In this document: positions 35,227-48,150 of the stretch, in pieces
How positions within the stretch are numbered: the stretch's first letter is position 1
Layout of the letters: the number at the start of each line of letters is the position of its first letter
From: Nemertoderma westbladi
Taxonomy: Eukaryota; Animalia; Xenacoelomorpha
DNA length: 52,083 nt
NCBI GenBank assembly: GCA_032718475.1
Contig: JAUCBJ010006319.1
Coordinates: forward strand, 1 to 52,083
Reading direction: 5' to 3'
Program-made: the position numbers and the translations under genes
Notes under the pieces: model-generated
The model's input: only the letters and a program-made list of their open reading frames with translations
Database searches by the model: none
Told to the model about the DNA's origin: nothing

Positions 35227-37400
35227 TTAACTTGGGATTCTGGGAGTCTTTTCGATGAAGGAACCAACCAATTTTTTTTATTTTCGCACCAGGGGAGCGG
35301 CTTGGAATTCAAAGATATTAGCAACTCTAACATTATTAAATCTATCCCCACTACAAAAAACAGTCATTTTTTCGACAATTTTAAAAATTTTTTGAAAGGC
35401 GCTCTACAGTGGCTCGAAAAAACCCAAGGAAGGTTATTGCTTAGCCGACGCTGGGATACGATAGAAGGGACTAATTAGTGAATTCGTTTTTTTTTCAAAA
35501 AAGATTACCACGCCTTTTTCCCGAAATTGTCCGTCAAAGTTGAAAAAATGGAAAAAATGACTTTGCGGGATCCGCTATAACTCGGTTAATATTAATCGTA
35601 CGGGGACGAAAGTAACGTGGTTGGAAAGGGGAAGAGTGGTACTACCTTCGTATCGAATGGGGGTAAGATATTTATTAAAATTTCGAGTGGAAAAAGGGGC
35701 CGTAAATTTGTACGTTTTTTGAGTCTTTTTTGGAAAACTTATTTCTGAAATGTTTAATTCGACAACGCGGGTAGGAATCCACTAATTCTTTTTTGAAACT
35801 AGTAGAAGACCATTGGGGCTACGTTCCTATCGAATGGGGGTACAAAAAATATGTTGGCAATAGGGGCCAAAAAGGGCCAGAATTTGTAACGTAGTTTTTA
35901 TCGAATAATTTTTTATTTTTGACTTTAGTTGGTTAAGGTACATTCTATACAGTCATTCAAATATGCTATCGGTTTTGCTCCAAGAATGATATTAAAAAAA
36001 TGAGGGCCAACATTATAATTTCGCGCTTCAAACTCGCTTCGTGGGAAATCGTCTATCTCGAAAACTACTTAACTTACGGGAGATTTGTTTACACAGACTT
36101 ATAGTGCGTTAAATTATCTATCTAACAGCATTAGTTACAGCGCCGTAGCTAAAGACGATCGTGTGAAATATAATATTTATAAAAAAGGGATGAAAAAATG
36201 TTTTTTCTTAATAAATCGTTACTCTATTATAATTTAGCTTTTTGCGCCAAAATTACCTGTAAAGTGTAGCAAATTAACTCCGTTATCTTTTTTCTTAACA
36301 TTTATAATTAAAATTACGAATATTAAGGGTCGAAAAATATCTCGTCATTTTGGCCCTTTTTTTAATTTTTTATGGGGCCAAAAATGACCCCCTCTCAAAA
36401 GATCAAGAAAAAAATTACGACAAAGAATATACCAATTTTATTGAATTTGGACCATCAGAACCGATGTTAGAGCGATTTTAGTGAAAAAGTAAAAATAATT
36501 TTTTTTTCAAAAAAATAAGAATGGTCAATATTGGATTTCGTGATTGACAACCACTAGACTATGTGATCAAAAGAATTTGAAATTTTCGAGTGACTATTTT
36601 TCAATAACTTCAATAACTTCGATTATCGATATTGACTAACCTCAATAACTTCGGTTCTTCTGGGCCGTTTGATCTGAAACTTTTTTTCATTGGATAGAGG
36701 ATAGATTGTAGTGTGTGAAATAGGATACAACTTGGGAAAAGACGCATGTGCACTTAGTGCAAAATGCACTTAAAAAGTGCACATTTTTTCGATATTCCAA
36801 ACACAATTATTTCCAGTGCTATTCATCGTAGAATTATTTGGGTTAAAATGTAGTTTGGAGTGATTTCTAACTATAATCTTAACATTTGTTTATCTTTTTA
36901 TGTCTATAAAGTGACTTAAAATGTCCATGAATATGGTCCAAAATCGCAAATGTTGCGATTTATTAAATTGGATTTTTGACACTTTTAGCAACTGACACTT
37001 GATCGTGCACCATCGTAGATCGGTAGAGGATAAATATAAGTGTATTAAATAGGAACCACCGTTAGGATCCGCTAAAGTGCACTTGTACAAATAAGTGTTC
37101 AAAATTGCAAAATTTTTAATAATGTCAAATTGTTCAATAAAGTCAAATAGCTCAATACATTGCTTTTTGTGATTTCTAACTGTATTCTTAACATATGTGT
37201 AACATGAAAGATAGTCACGACTCACGAAAAGGTACAACAGACATCAAATATGGCAAAAAACAGGTGTGATATTAAATTCACTTTGAACAATAAATAGAGA
37301 TCAAATAACAAATGGACCACACAATTAAAAATTCACACAATTTTGAACTTATTATTTCGCTTCAAATTAATTTAAAAGTGAATATTTGGCGGAAGGGGGA
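35227..37400. mobile_element. Probable non-autonomous DNA transposon remnant
   Basis: CpG-retaining, A/T-tract-rich non-coding block with a ~177-bp internal duplication (TATCGAATGGGGGTA at about 35651 and 35827); termini not resolved. Confidence 0.35.
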
Positions 37401-40099
37401 TGTTAGATGAACTGCATATATGTGACAGTGTCCACTGGGGTTAAGTTTGGTAAACTGCATTTATGCAGTGAGTCCAAACTTCCCCCTTTGAGATATCATA
37501 TACTTAAGCCAGGCTAGGGTGTCGGGGAAATATTTGTTACTGCCACACTTTGCTTCCATTTATCCTATCATATATTATTACTCCAGTCAGATAAGAGATA
37601 CTAATCATTAATTTAGAACTCTTAACTGTCTTTCATGCAAACAAAATTCTAACTAAAGACGGATGAATGACCATGCTGCCATGATCATGGAAATAATGTT
37701 AAATATAATTTATCAAATATTTTGGAAGGCTTCCAAGTTAAACTCCAAAACAATTATTTCATTACATATAGTAAATATCATTGCTGTCTTCTTCCTCTCA
37801 TAATAAAATCTGATTAACAGTTCACAACCAAAATGTTTCAGTGTGAAAAGTGTAGGCCTACCACACCCCGCCCAAACTGCCAGCCGCAAATGCATCGCCA
37901 ACAAATTTAACAAAAGGTTATATACCGGTACATGTTGGGTTAATGACGAGTGAAAATTGATCGTGTAATATAAACTAATTTAAACGACGGGCTGGCTCTC
38001 CTCCACTTCCTTACCCAATGGAAATGTTGTTGTTCCTAATCTAATATTGGGGTGGGTTTCTCTCGGTTCATTATCACCAATCTGATAAAATAATTACACA
38101 TAAACATTCCTGAAATTTGCACTCATGCTATTTGAGGGTCTTCTATAGAGAGGATTGCTGTATATTTTAATTTTGAAGGTATTTCTTTCTCTTTATCGGA
38201 GTTCAAGCTAAAATCTATTGGAGTATCCACTTAGTGTTCAAAATCATGACCTTGTTTAGGATTTGATTGATTATATATTGAATTATTATGTGGCTAGTAT
38301 TTAGTGAGAATTTCTTCTGTTGCTTGTTTCAGAATTTGGTGAGCAAGCTTTCAGACAGCAGAAGTAGAAACCGTAAAAATGAAAAAGTAGGCTTATAATG
38401 ATTGCATCACTCTTAAATTATACAGCTATGGATGCAGTTGACTTGTAAGGATAAGCCACATCGCTCACCTTGGAATATTGTTACTTATAGTTTCTTCATG
38501 AATCACTGGGAGTGAAAGTGGCTTTCTAGTTGTGAGATTATATTGCCTGTAAAATTGGAGAAGCTAAACCTTTGTTTGTAGGTTATTCTTTCATTTTCTG
38601 CATAAGGTTTTGTTTGTCTATTGGCAAATTTCATGAGTTAATACAAAGATTGCTAGAGGCATTGCCTGAATGAAAAATATAGTGTGATGAATTCTTTGTC
38701 ACAACTTACATGGACTTATTTTCTTCCATGCCATCTCAACCACAAGCAATATAATTATTGTTGAACTTGTATTTGACTCCACAATGTATATTTATTCATG
38801 TGCAATTCTTTCTATCATAATCTTCAATTGCAGCTTCTTCATTTTCTATCTCCTTTCTCTAATCTTTCTTTTGGACTGGCTAAATCCGGTTACTAGATAG
38901 CATTTTTAAACATTCCTTGGTCAATGCTGTGCTGTCTTTCTTATACCAGTGTTTAAAATACAATATTGTTCAGTGTTTCACAGAAGAATGGTCCTGACCC
39001 TCGGTAATCTTAAATCTGGGATGTTATCTTAGTGATAAAAATCAAGTAATCAAATCAAGTATTCATCCTTTTAGCAGTGCAAAAATTACTAACATTTAGC
39101 TTTTATGTTATATACCTTAATTGTAAATAATATTTACTTAATCTAATGGTTAATATTTCGCTTAAAGTGCATTTAAATCTTACAGTCTGCAAACAAGACT
39201 CAAGGTTCTTACACTCTTATACTGCACTCATTGTTAAATAGGAATTATTTTACTTTAAGTATATACCTATAAAGGGAGACAGTATTGGTAAGGGCATAAT
39301 AACAACTACAGGCAGAAAAATCAATGAAAAGTCTCACAAATACAACATGATAATAAACATGATTATTAATTACTTATCATCAGTAATTAATTAACCCTAT
39401 CTCCTCTATTAATATATAGATTTGCTTAAAATTATGAACAATTCTGATTAAGTTCACAACATTACCCACATGAGAAAATTAGCAATATAATATCTGTGTG
39501 TAACGAATCTTATTATTTATTTGCTTATTCCATCAATGGTGATACCACTTGAATCATTTTTTTATGTATCTTTTATGTATCTTTTCCATTTATTAATATA
39601 GATGGAGAGGTTTTGTTAATTATATATATATGATGAGTTTTGGTAATTTGCATTCAACATTCGATTATGTACATGCTGTATACATACTTTCTGTATTCAA
39701 ACAGGCAGCGATTTAATTAAGGCAGCAGGTAGAATACATACCAGTATTGATTCATATATTTTTTTATATATTTGTATACAGGTCAAGATTAAAGTGAAGT
39801 ATTCTGAGGTATACATTCACATTCATAGATTAATTCATTGAGGTCTATAACTAGTGCAGTGCATAACGCATTAACACATAACGCAGTCCTCCTTCCTGCA
39901 GGTTAGTTTTGTTAGTTGTAAAGTTGCATATTATAATTATTCTATCTATTTATCATCATAATATTTAATATTTCTTTATTCTGTTACATATATTTTTTAA
40001 GCTTTAAGCAAAATCAAGTAATTTCAATCAAGTAATGTACTATGTTTTAAGTTAATATGTTTTGTTATGTACTAGTAATTTTTGTAATGCATTTCCATG

Positions 40100-41460
40100 G
40101 GGTTAGACACGTAGTCGGCACCTGTCTGTTACTGTGGAAATCCTCCTTTAGACCATCATTCATATTGACGCCATACCCTTACTAGGGATTCTCCAATGTG
40201 TGGGGAAGTCCAGTGGGAATGTAACTTCAGTGTCCATCATATGTTGATTAATTTTGTTGTTATGCTTACTAAGCATAGTAACTCCATTTTGTGGTCCATG
40301 GGTGATCAGTTTTGTATAAAGTGATCAAAGATCAATATTATGCCAGTGACCCCTCAGTAGAATATTGTTAAGGCACGGGGGAACTGGGTAGTTTTGTTTT
40401 GCTGCGGGTATGGCCTGGTTGCCTTTTGATGGATACGATGGATCCTACCCTCTTTTATCAACATCTATGGTATGGTTGTGATAAGTCCCATTTGAAGTTT
40501 ACAACTATGCAGTGCTCTTATCTGTCTGTCATCACTCTTTCCATCATTATAGTAGTGTTTATTGTAGTTGATGGAAGTATATATATTATTGATATATAGT
40601 ATTATATAGTATACATATTGACCAGGTCTAAGGACATACAGGTTATCTCCAGGAACACACCTGGAATTATCTCTTCTACTGATTTAGAGTCTTTTACATG
40701 GGGGGTGTGTTGTTTGGATATTGTTTCCATCATTGATACAATCACCTAGCCGTATGCGTGTTCTTTCCGTGACCCGCGACTTCCATGATCCAACTGTCCT
40801 TTTCTTTATGGTCCTTAATAAGTGGGCAGACATAGCCCATTGTTGGTCTCTTCGATATGAGCTTCTCTTTAACAGGTCCATCCTAACCATCTTCTTGAGT
40901 TTGGCAATTAACCTGTTCATGGGATTAACCGCTAATTCCGTATACATATCCTTATCGTTTAAAACTTCCTTATGTTTAATATCCTCATCAATAACTATTA
41001 CGTTTCCGGTTTTGTCTCCCTTTCTGATAGCTACTCCTTTCTTCTTCTTTAATTTGGAGAGGGTCCTCATTTATTCCACGGATAAATTTGATTCGTTTGG
41101 TTTCTTTAACTCATTTGAGTTTCGCGTAAAGTCCATCACATCCACCACTCTATGGAGATCAGAAATTAGATCCTCTATGACTTCCTCATTGCAATGTAGT
41201 GCAACACGCCCCCACTTTGCAGGACCACCATTCCCTTATATTACAATGGGGTTTATCCTCTTCTTCAAACACTGATAGTGCAGTACAGTGTGGGTTTATC
41301 CTCTTCTTCAAACACTGGTGCGCAGAGTGTGCATGGGTCATTTGGTTGGATTCGCATCGTTCTTTAAGGCCTCTCATTCGCTCTCTTTGGTGTTTCACAC
41401 AGTGACTGACCATCTGCGTCATCTCCAACATCTACTTGGTCTTCATTTCTTATTTCCGTA
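40100..41460 (-). mobile_element. Penelope-like retroelement remnant, copy A
   Basis: LSKLKKKKGVAIRKGDKTGNVIVID..VLNDKDMYTELAVNP is the PLE pre-RT K.DK motif; downstream RT remnants are frameshifted. Confidence 0.75.
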
Positions 41461-41649
41461 AAAATAATATTGCTCTAAATAAAGTAATTAATCCCACATA
41501 TATATATGTGGATACAATGTACAGCTAGCGTAGCAATCACCTTATTACCAGGTACCCCCCATTTCCAATTCTTTCTTAAGCACATTTTTTTTCATAAAAA
41601 TTATATATATATGCGTAATTTAAATACGTATTTTAGTATATATACCCCA

Positions 41650-43181
41650 TAATGTCATGGTTATCCATTATTACTGCCCCAACCGCATCAACTGCTGTAT
41701 TGTAGTCAATGGAAGGATACATATCAACCATGTTTAGGGACATAAAGGTGATCTCTGCTCTGGGAATACACCTTTTGGAATCATCTCTTCTACCGATTTA
41801 CAGTCTTATATATAGTGTGAAATCATACTGTGGAGTGGTTGAATAAGATAATTAGACAACTTCATGTGTCTTTTGGATATGGTTCCCATCATTTATACAA
41901 TCAGCCGAGCCTTAAGCGTAGTCCTTCCATCACCCCAGTCAATCCAACTGTTCTTTTCTTTACATTCCTTAATGAGTGGGTAGACATAGCCCATTGTTGG
42001 TCTCTTTGATATGAGGTTCTCTTTAACAGGTCTATCCTCTAAATTTATCACTCTAACCATCTTCTTGAGTTTTGCAATTAACCTGTTTGTCGGATTAATT
42101 GCTAGTTCCGTATACGTATCCTCATCGCTTATTATCCTCAAAACTTCCTTATGACTATGTTTAATATTTTTATCAATGACTATTATTTTTCCATTCCAGT
42201 TTTATCTCCCTTTCTGATAGCGACTACTTTCTTCTTCTTTAATTTGGAGAGGGTCTCCAAATCCAAGCAGAGTAGCTTGGATATGAAATCCTCACTTAAT
42301 CCTATTTGCCCATCTTCTCCCAGGTGTCTCCCTATAGAGCGGGATGCCCCTGGGGATGGCCACCCACACCTGAGGGGGGTGGGGGTCTCCTACCTGCTGT
42401 ATGCTGGGTGACAGTGTCTGCCTTCAGTTGCTGTAATACTGTAGTAATGCACTCCCTAAACATGAAATGTTTGTATGCGTATCAAAAAGTTGAGGATAGT
42501 AGGTATAGGTACCAGTATCTCTATCTCTACTGTAATTAGTGGTCAGGCAAGAATATGCTCCTTTACTAACCAGGTAGGTGGCTTGTAGTGCTCGGTTGTT
42601 TGGTGCCATAACTAATTATTATTATTATCTTATGTGTAACAATTGATCTCTTTTCAATCCTTGGTATGCTCGATCGCCTTGCTCCAATAGGTGATGAACT
42701 GCAGCAGAACCATCCAGTTCGCAGTCGTGCACATCATTGTGTTCCATTCGCTGTTCTGGTGCACCCAGCTATAAAATCCGTACTAATTTACATTTATGCT
42801 CCACACATCTTAACAATCCTTATCTTCGCCCAATAATTTATTAATCAGGATTTTGCTACACCTGATGGCGTTTCGTAGTTCTAACTTACAGGTGGCATTG
42901 GTATGCTGGTGTGTAGGATTTGTACAGGTAGATGAATTAAACTCATCTTTGTTGCGAACAGTATGCGGATGCAGTTTAGTTCCATGATCAATGTTAAAGT
43001 TTTCTACAAACTGACAAGCCAATTTCAGGGTGTTCATTGTATCAGTTAAGAGTATAAGAATATAAAGCAATGAGTTATAAAACTGGAGCTTTTTCCAATG
43101 CCCACTTGTATATTATCAAATACTGAAATAGATTTACATTAACCATTTAATTTCTTCCCTTGGGGCATCATCAGGTTCTAC
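41650..43181 (-). mobile_element. Penelope-like retroelement remnant, copy B, with ORF N-terminus and candidate pLTR
   Basis: 41690-42260 is a diverged duplicate of 40560-41065 (DEDTYTELAINPTNRLI..MGYVYPLIK, FMSLNMVDMYPSID); hammerhead-like core at 43141-43181. Confidence 0.7.
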
Positions 43182-44066
43182 TGTTAAATGAAAAATAATT
43201 CAAACCAAACCTAACTACTAAAACTGTAGGCCTACTGGATAGTTACAGGCTTTATGCCTACAAACCAGGGCAGTGTCCATGGCAGACCTGTGGGTATCAG
43301 TGACCATGCTCATGGTACATCCAATGGTACTGCACTGGGTGTCTGACCTTACATACATATCCCAATGAATACATAATTGATAATATTCTAAACTGATTCT
43401 TACAATGTGTTGGCAAGCTGTATTTTTCGAGGTAAAATAAACTTATCATTCGAGGTTAAGACCCCTAGATCCCTTCCTATAATAAACTGATTCTTAACTT
43501 ATATGACTAATAATATACACTGTGCAGTGTGCATTGTCTTTAGCTTGGAGGATGCAACTTTGTTATTGCTTATAGATAAGGAGGCATATTATTAATAGGC
43601 CCTGATAATTGGTTGTTGGTTAATCAAGTTAACTTGATTGACACATTCTCATGTTTGTAAATTACTATTTTAGTTGAAGTATTTGCAAAGTGCAACTAAT
43701 GGGATATAATTCCATAACCTAACATGTTCGTTTTTACTTTCATTTTAGAGCTTTGAGCATAATATCATCATATCTTCAATTTCACAAATTTCTTCAGTTT
43801 CTCATTGTGTAATATTTATTCCTTCTCCACCTCAATGAAGGCAGTCTCATATTATGATGTGGTTGTTATTGTTTAGCTAGGATATATAAACAATACTACG
43901 TTTGGAGAAAGGTTGAACATTTCATGCATACAGTTAAATTTTTCAATATTCACTAGAATTGTTGTAAAATTTGAATATTGTAAAAGTTGAATTGTAAAAT
44001 ATTAACTAATTTGAATTTTAGTTTATTATTTAGATATACCAATCGAAAACAGTCCATTTCTTGACA

Positions 44067-46718
44067 ATGGCTTCAAGACGAGGTGGTGGTTCTCTTCATA
44101 GGGGAATTTTCTATGGGCCTTCTTCAGAGCAGCAATTGATGGGTCGTCATGGTTTGGTGTCAATTCGTCAACAGGAGGATCTTTTAAGGCGTAAAAAAAG
44201 GGAGATTATGGATAAATTGCACCAACAAGAAGAAGGTGAAAAAGGCCCTTTTAGCTGTGATGGCATCTCTCCTGCATCTCAAAAACATTTATCAGTATTT
44301 GATAGACCAGCACCAGTCATAGTGCCTGGTCCTGCTAAGCGTCCCTTATTGGCAATACCAATGTCACATGGTCAAAATGTAGCTACAGATTCAATTAAGT
44401 TGTATACTAGTGAAGCTAATGTAGGTTCAAATGTAGCAACAGCTAGTAGAGGTAAGCGATCTGACCAATTTGAAGAAAAGCCTACTTCAATTGCTAATGC
44501 TTTTAGCAATGATGGTGGCTTTTTAGAAAGGTTTAAGAAGATAACGAATCCTGAAGTCCAATCGGACAGTTTACATCTTTCTCAAAACATCAAGGATAAT
44601 AATTTAAATAAGCAATCTAGAGATCTTTTACAGGGTAATTTTGCTGCTTCAGAGTCTACTGTTTCTCCTCCTAGATTTCCAGGACCAGGTCATGTGGATC
44701 AGGGTTATAATGTCCATCGTGGACCAGTATCTAGGGCAATTCCCCGCAAAGTTGGTCATGACAAGGATGGATTTGGCAATGGACAAAATGATGGTGGCTA
44801 TTTACCAGATTCCAGGGATGATCATAACATTCAGGGTTTTAATACTGACAGAGGTAGAATGGCACATATACATACAGTAGGGAGTAATATTTCAAATGTT
44901 TCTGCACAAAATCAAGAATGGTCTTGGAATATGGGGCGGCGAGGGGACTCTAAGGTCGAGTCATCTGATGTGGTTAAACCTACCCCTACACACATAAAGA
45001 TATTACCTATGGGAGAAGCTAATGTTCCATTTGAATTTCCAGATGGGCCTCAGAAAGATCTTATTGACCAATTAGCTTCATATATGTCGACCTGTAATGA
45101 AGAAACGGTTAAGTACATTTATGATAACAACAATTCTAATCCTAAATATTGGTTCATTTATACTGATCAAACTAGAGAGCACATGTACTTCATGTGGAAA
45201 CTGAAGCATGAGAGAATAAAACATGATAAGTACAGAGCTGGATCGAGTGCTAATCAAAGTTATATTGGCAAAGAACATGTGTTTGGTGATGGATCAAGTG
45301 ATGGGCAGACACAGATTGGTTCAAGAGATATACCATATCAACATGTATCACCATCTTCATTAGACATGACTAACCCTCTTTCTAGATGTGATGGGCCTTA
45401 CCATGACCTTAGTGGTGGTCTTAAGGATGGGCCATGTTTTGACAGAAATATTAGATCAAATTTTGGTCAAATAGTTGAAGGCAATATGGATCAATCAAAG
45501 GACACCAATTTTGGTTCAATTTGCGAATCCCATTTAGTTAGTCAGAGAGCACCTATCAGAGATGAACACGATTTCGGGTATGGAGAGTTTCATGTAAATA
45601 AATGGGATGTGGGCCCTAATGGAAGTGGAAGTGGTGAGAGAAGTGGCCATCCAAATAGAGATGATCAGTTTGGCTATTCTAGGATACAGAATAAGGAGGA
45701 TGAAAGTAAAAACAAAGCTTCTGTTGAGTTTCCTCCTAGTGTAAGGGGTATGGGCGAATTTCGAATGTCTGATGGTAAAATAACTGAGAGTATGCCTATG
45801 CCGTATGAACAAAACTTATCCGAGCCATTGCATCATGGTGGAAAGCGTGCTAACCTTAGGGATATTGGTAGTGATTCTAGAAACAGATTAGTAGAAAAGA
45901 TGGATAATCCAAGGTCAATAAATTTATCTGAAGGCCAAGGTAATGGTGACAGTTTTCATCCACCACAAAAGCGAAGAAGAAGCCGTTGGGATGAGGTTGA
46001 CAGTGGAATTCGTACAAAAGATGCCCAAAGCCATACTGACTACAGTCGAGTTCAAGATGATGCGCGTTTTCAGCACGATATAGTTGATGATTTGAGACGA
46101 AAGGAGCAGTTAAATGAGCAACAACACATGCAAGAGCTTTATGACAAGGTGAAACAACAACAGGCTGCCGCAGCAGTGGCAACTTCACAGCCGGGTGGCC
46201 GGCAACAGAGACCCACCAGACATCAGTACGATTCTGATGAGGAAATTGACTCTTCTCTCGGAACTTGGGAACATCAGAATCGACTCAAAGAGATGGAAAC
46301 TACAGCAAACAGAGCTTTAGAATTGACTGCCAAAGGACATGGCAAACATCATATATCAGACTTTCTTCCACCAGAAGAAATGGAGAAATTCTTAGAGCGT
46401 GTTAAATGCGCAAAGGAAGGTAGAACTTATGAGTTCTCTGATTATCAGGAACACAAGATAAAAGATGATAATATTGGGTTTAAGATGTTGCAACAAGCAG
46501 GGTGGACAGCAGGTACGGGATTGGGTAGTGAGCAGCAGGGTCGTGTAAACCCTGTGGATAAGGGTTCTACTGTAGGAGTACTTGGTTTAGGAACCAGTGC
46601 TGCTGCCACTGAAATAGGAGCTGATGATGATGAATTTCACACCTATCGTAAGCGAATGATGCTGGCTTATAAGTTTCGGCCAAATCCATTAAATAACCCT
46701 CGGCGCCCCTATTATTAA
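44067..46718 (+). CDS. SUGP1: SURP and G-patch domain-containing protein 1 (splicing factor 4), single-exon CDS, 883 aa
   Basis: NAFSNDGGFLERF; one SURP-like module (IDQLASYM..YWFIY..YFMWKL); ULM-like KRRRSRWD; YDSDEE..GTWEH; HHISDFLPPEEMEKF; G-patch DNIGFKMLQQAGW..GTGLG; diagnostic C-terminus YRKRMMLAYKFRPNPLNNPRRPYY. First ATG at 44067, splice-acceptor-like AG at 44032-44033. Confidence 0.96.
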   Translation: MASRRGGGSLHRGIFYGPSSEQQLMGRHGLVSIRQQEDLLRRKKREIMDKLHQQEEGEKGPFSCDGISPASQKHLSVFDRPAPVIVPGPAKRPLLAIPMSHGQNVATDSIKLYTSEANVGSNVATASRGKRSDQFEEKPTSIANAFSNDGGFLERFKKITNPEVQSDSLHLSQNIKDNNLNKQSRDLLQGNFAASESTVSPPRFPGPGHVDQGYNVHRGPVSRAIPRKVGHDKDGFGNGQNDGGYLPDSRDDHNIQGFNTDRGRMAHIHTVGSNISNVSAQNQEWSWNMGRRGDSKVESSDVVKPTPTHIKILPMGEANVPFEFPDGPQKDLIDQLASYMSTCNEETVKYIYDNNNSNPKYWFIYTDQTREHMYFMWKLKHERIKHDKYRAGSSANQSYIGKEHVFGDGSSDGQTQIGSRDIPYQHVSPSSLDMTNPLSRCDGPYHDLSGGLKDGPCFDRNIRSNFGQIVEGNMDQSKDTNFGSICESHLVSQRAPIRDEHDFGYGEFHVNKWDVGPNGSGSGERSGHPNRDDQFGYSRIQNKEDESKNKASVEFPPSVRGMGEFRMSDGKITESMPMPYEQNLSEPLHHGGKRANLRDIGSDSRNRLVEKMDNPRSINLSEGQGNGDSFHPPQKRRRSRWDEVDSGIRTKDAQSHTDYSRVQDDARFQHDIVDDLRRKEQLNEQQHMQELYDKVKQQQAAAAVATSQPGGRQQRPTRHQYDSDEEIDSSLGTWEHQNRLKEMETTANRALELTAKGHGKHHISDFLPPEEMEKFLERVKCAKEGRTYEFSDYQEHKIKDDNIGFKMLQQAGWTAGTGLGSEQQGRVNPVDKGSTVGVLGLGTSAAATEIGADDDEFHTYRKRMMLAYKFRPNPLNNPRRPYY

Positions 46719-47684
46719 CTTTATTTATATGTATGCAACTTATTTATCTAACTCCTTTTCAAATGTATGACCTCAGTTTGTTCACATTCTCAAATATATT
46801 TCAGTAGATTTGCTATTTTACTCAACTCAGTTATAGTTGGTGGATAATTCTCATTGATCTCTGAACAGAGCTACTGGCGTCATATTGATGGGGGAGATCT
46901 GATGATAAACTAATAGATATTATCGCTGTGACTGATTGGAGGTGAATCAATAGTTTTGTATTTATATACTCATTGGAGGAGTACCTTTAGTTCTTGTTCA
47001 TGTGTCGAATTTGTACTCAATAGGCCTACAGTAGTTTCTGGTACTGGTATTACATATTTGTATTTTGTTAAACTTTCCTATAGACAATTCTCACAAATAC
47101 TCCTAACACTGAATAATGTCACTTTTCACTCATATTTTTTTGTTATCTTGACATTATTGGTAATATCAGGATCAGTATTGGTGTTGTAAAATTTTGTGAT
47201 CAAATATAGTGTTTAGTAGTATGAGGTGAACTGAATTTATTATATATATTTTATATATATTTATTATATTGCAAAATAATTTTAATATAACTTTATCTTA
47301 CTAATATTTCTGAAGTCTAAGATAAAGTGAGTGTTACCCCAAACCCGCCACATATACTAATGACTCTAAGGAAATGAATCTAAAATTGCAATCCCGATCC
47401 CGAAAATCGGGATCCCGAGAGTGATAATCCCGATCCCGTTGAAATGTCCGATCCTGTTTAAACACTAATGTATATAGGATGCGGGTTTTTGATAACTTCA
47501 ATATAACTTTCTATGTTACTGCTAAAACATTGGTACCAGTATGAGAAATTTTATTTTTCCATAACATTCGTCGCTTAAGTACCTAAAGGCCCTAACTCCA
47601 CTGCCAATTTACAGGTTAAGCAAAAAAACTGTTTATTTCCGATGTTTTTGGGCATATTGGTTTATTGAAAGATGTCGAGGCATG

Positions 47685-48150
47685 AAAAATATCACGAGTA
47701 GAAATTTCGCGAGTAAAATTATCGTGAGTAAAAATATCCCGTGTTGAAAAATATATATAATTTCGCGAGTTCAACAAATATCGCGAGTAAAAATATCGAA
47801 AGTAAAAGTGTTGCAAGATCAAAAAATATCAAGAATAAAATTATCACGAGTTCAAAAAATATTGCGAGTATAACTATTGACTGTAATTTTTCTTAACTCT
47901 AATTTTCGAGTTTTATAACTATAGTTTTTGCAAAAACACGTATCTAGCAAAGAAAACACTAGCTACCTACGAAACACTAGCTAATGTACCATGAAAATTC
48001 ATTTTACTCTCGATATTTTTACTCGCGAAATGTTTACTCGCGATATTTTTACTTGCGATATTTTTATTCGCGATATTCTTACTCGCGATATTTTTATTCG
48101 CAATATTTTAACTCGCGATATTTTTACACACGATATTTTTCAAGTCGATA
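47685..48150. repeat. Two inverted arrays of a ~15-bp unit (AAAAATATCGCGAGT / ACTCGCGATATTTTT)
   Basis: Arrays at about 47685-47870 and 48000-48150 are reverse complements of one another, as in MITE subterminal repeats. Confidence 0.75.

Noticed and set aside
44061-44066. TTG start for SUGP1 given by the ORF track (likewise GTG 2116 for EXOSC7)
   Set aside because: Eukaryotic genes; in-frame ATGs lie two codons downstream (44067 and 2122).
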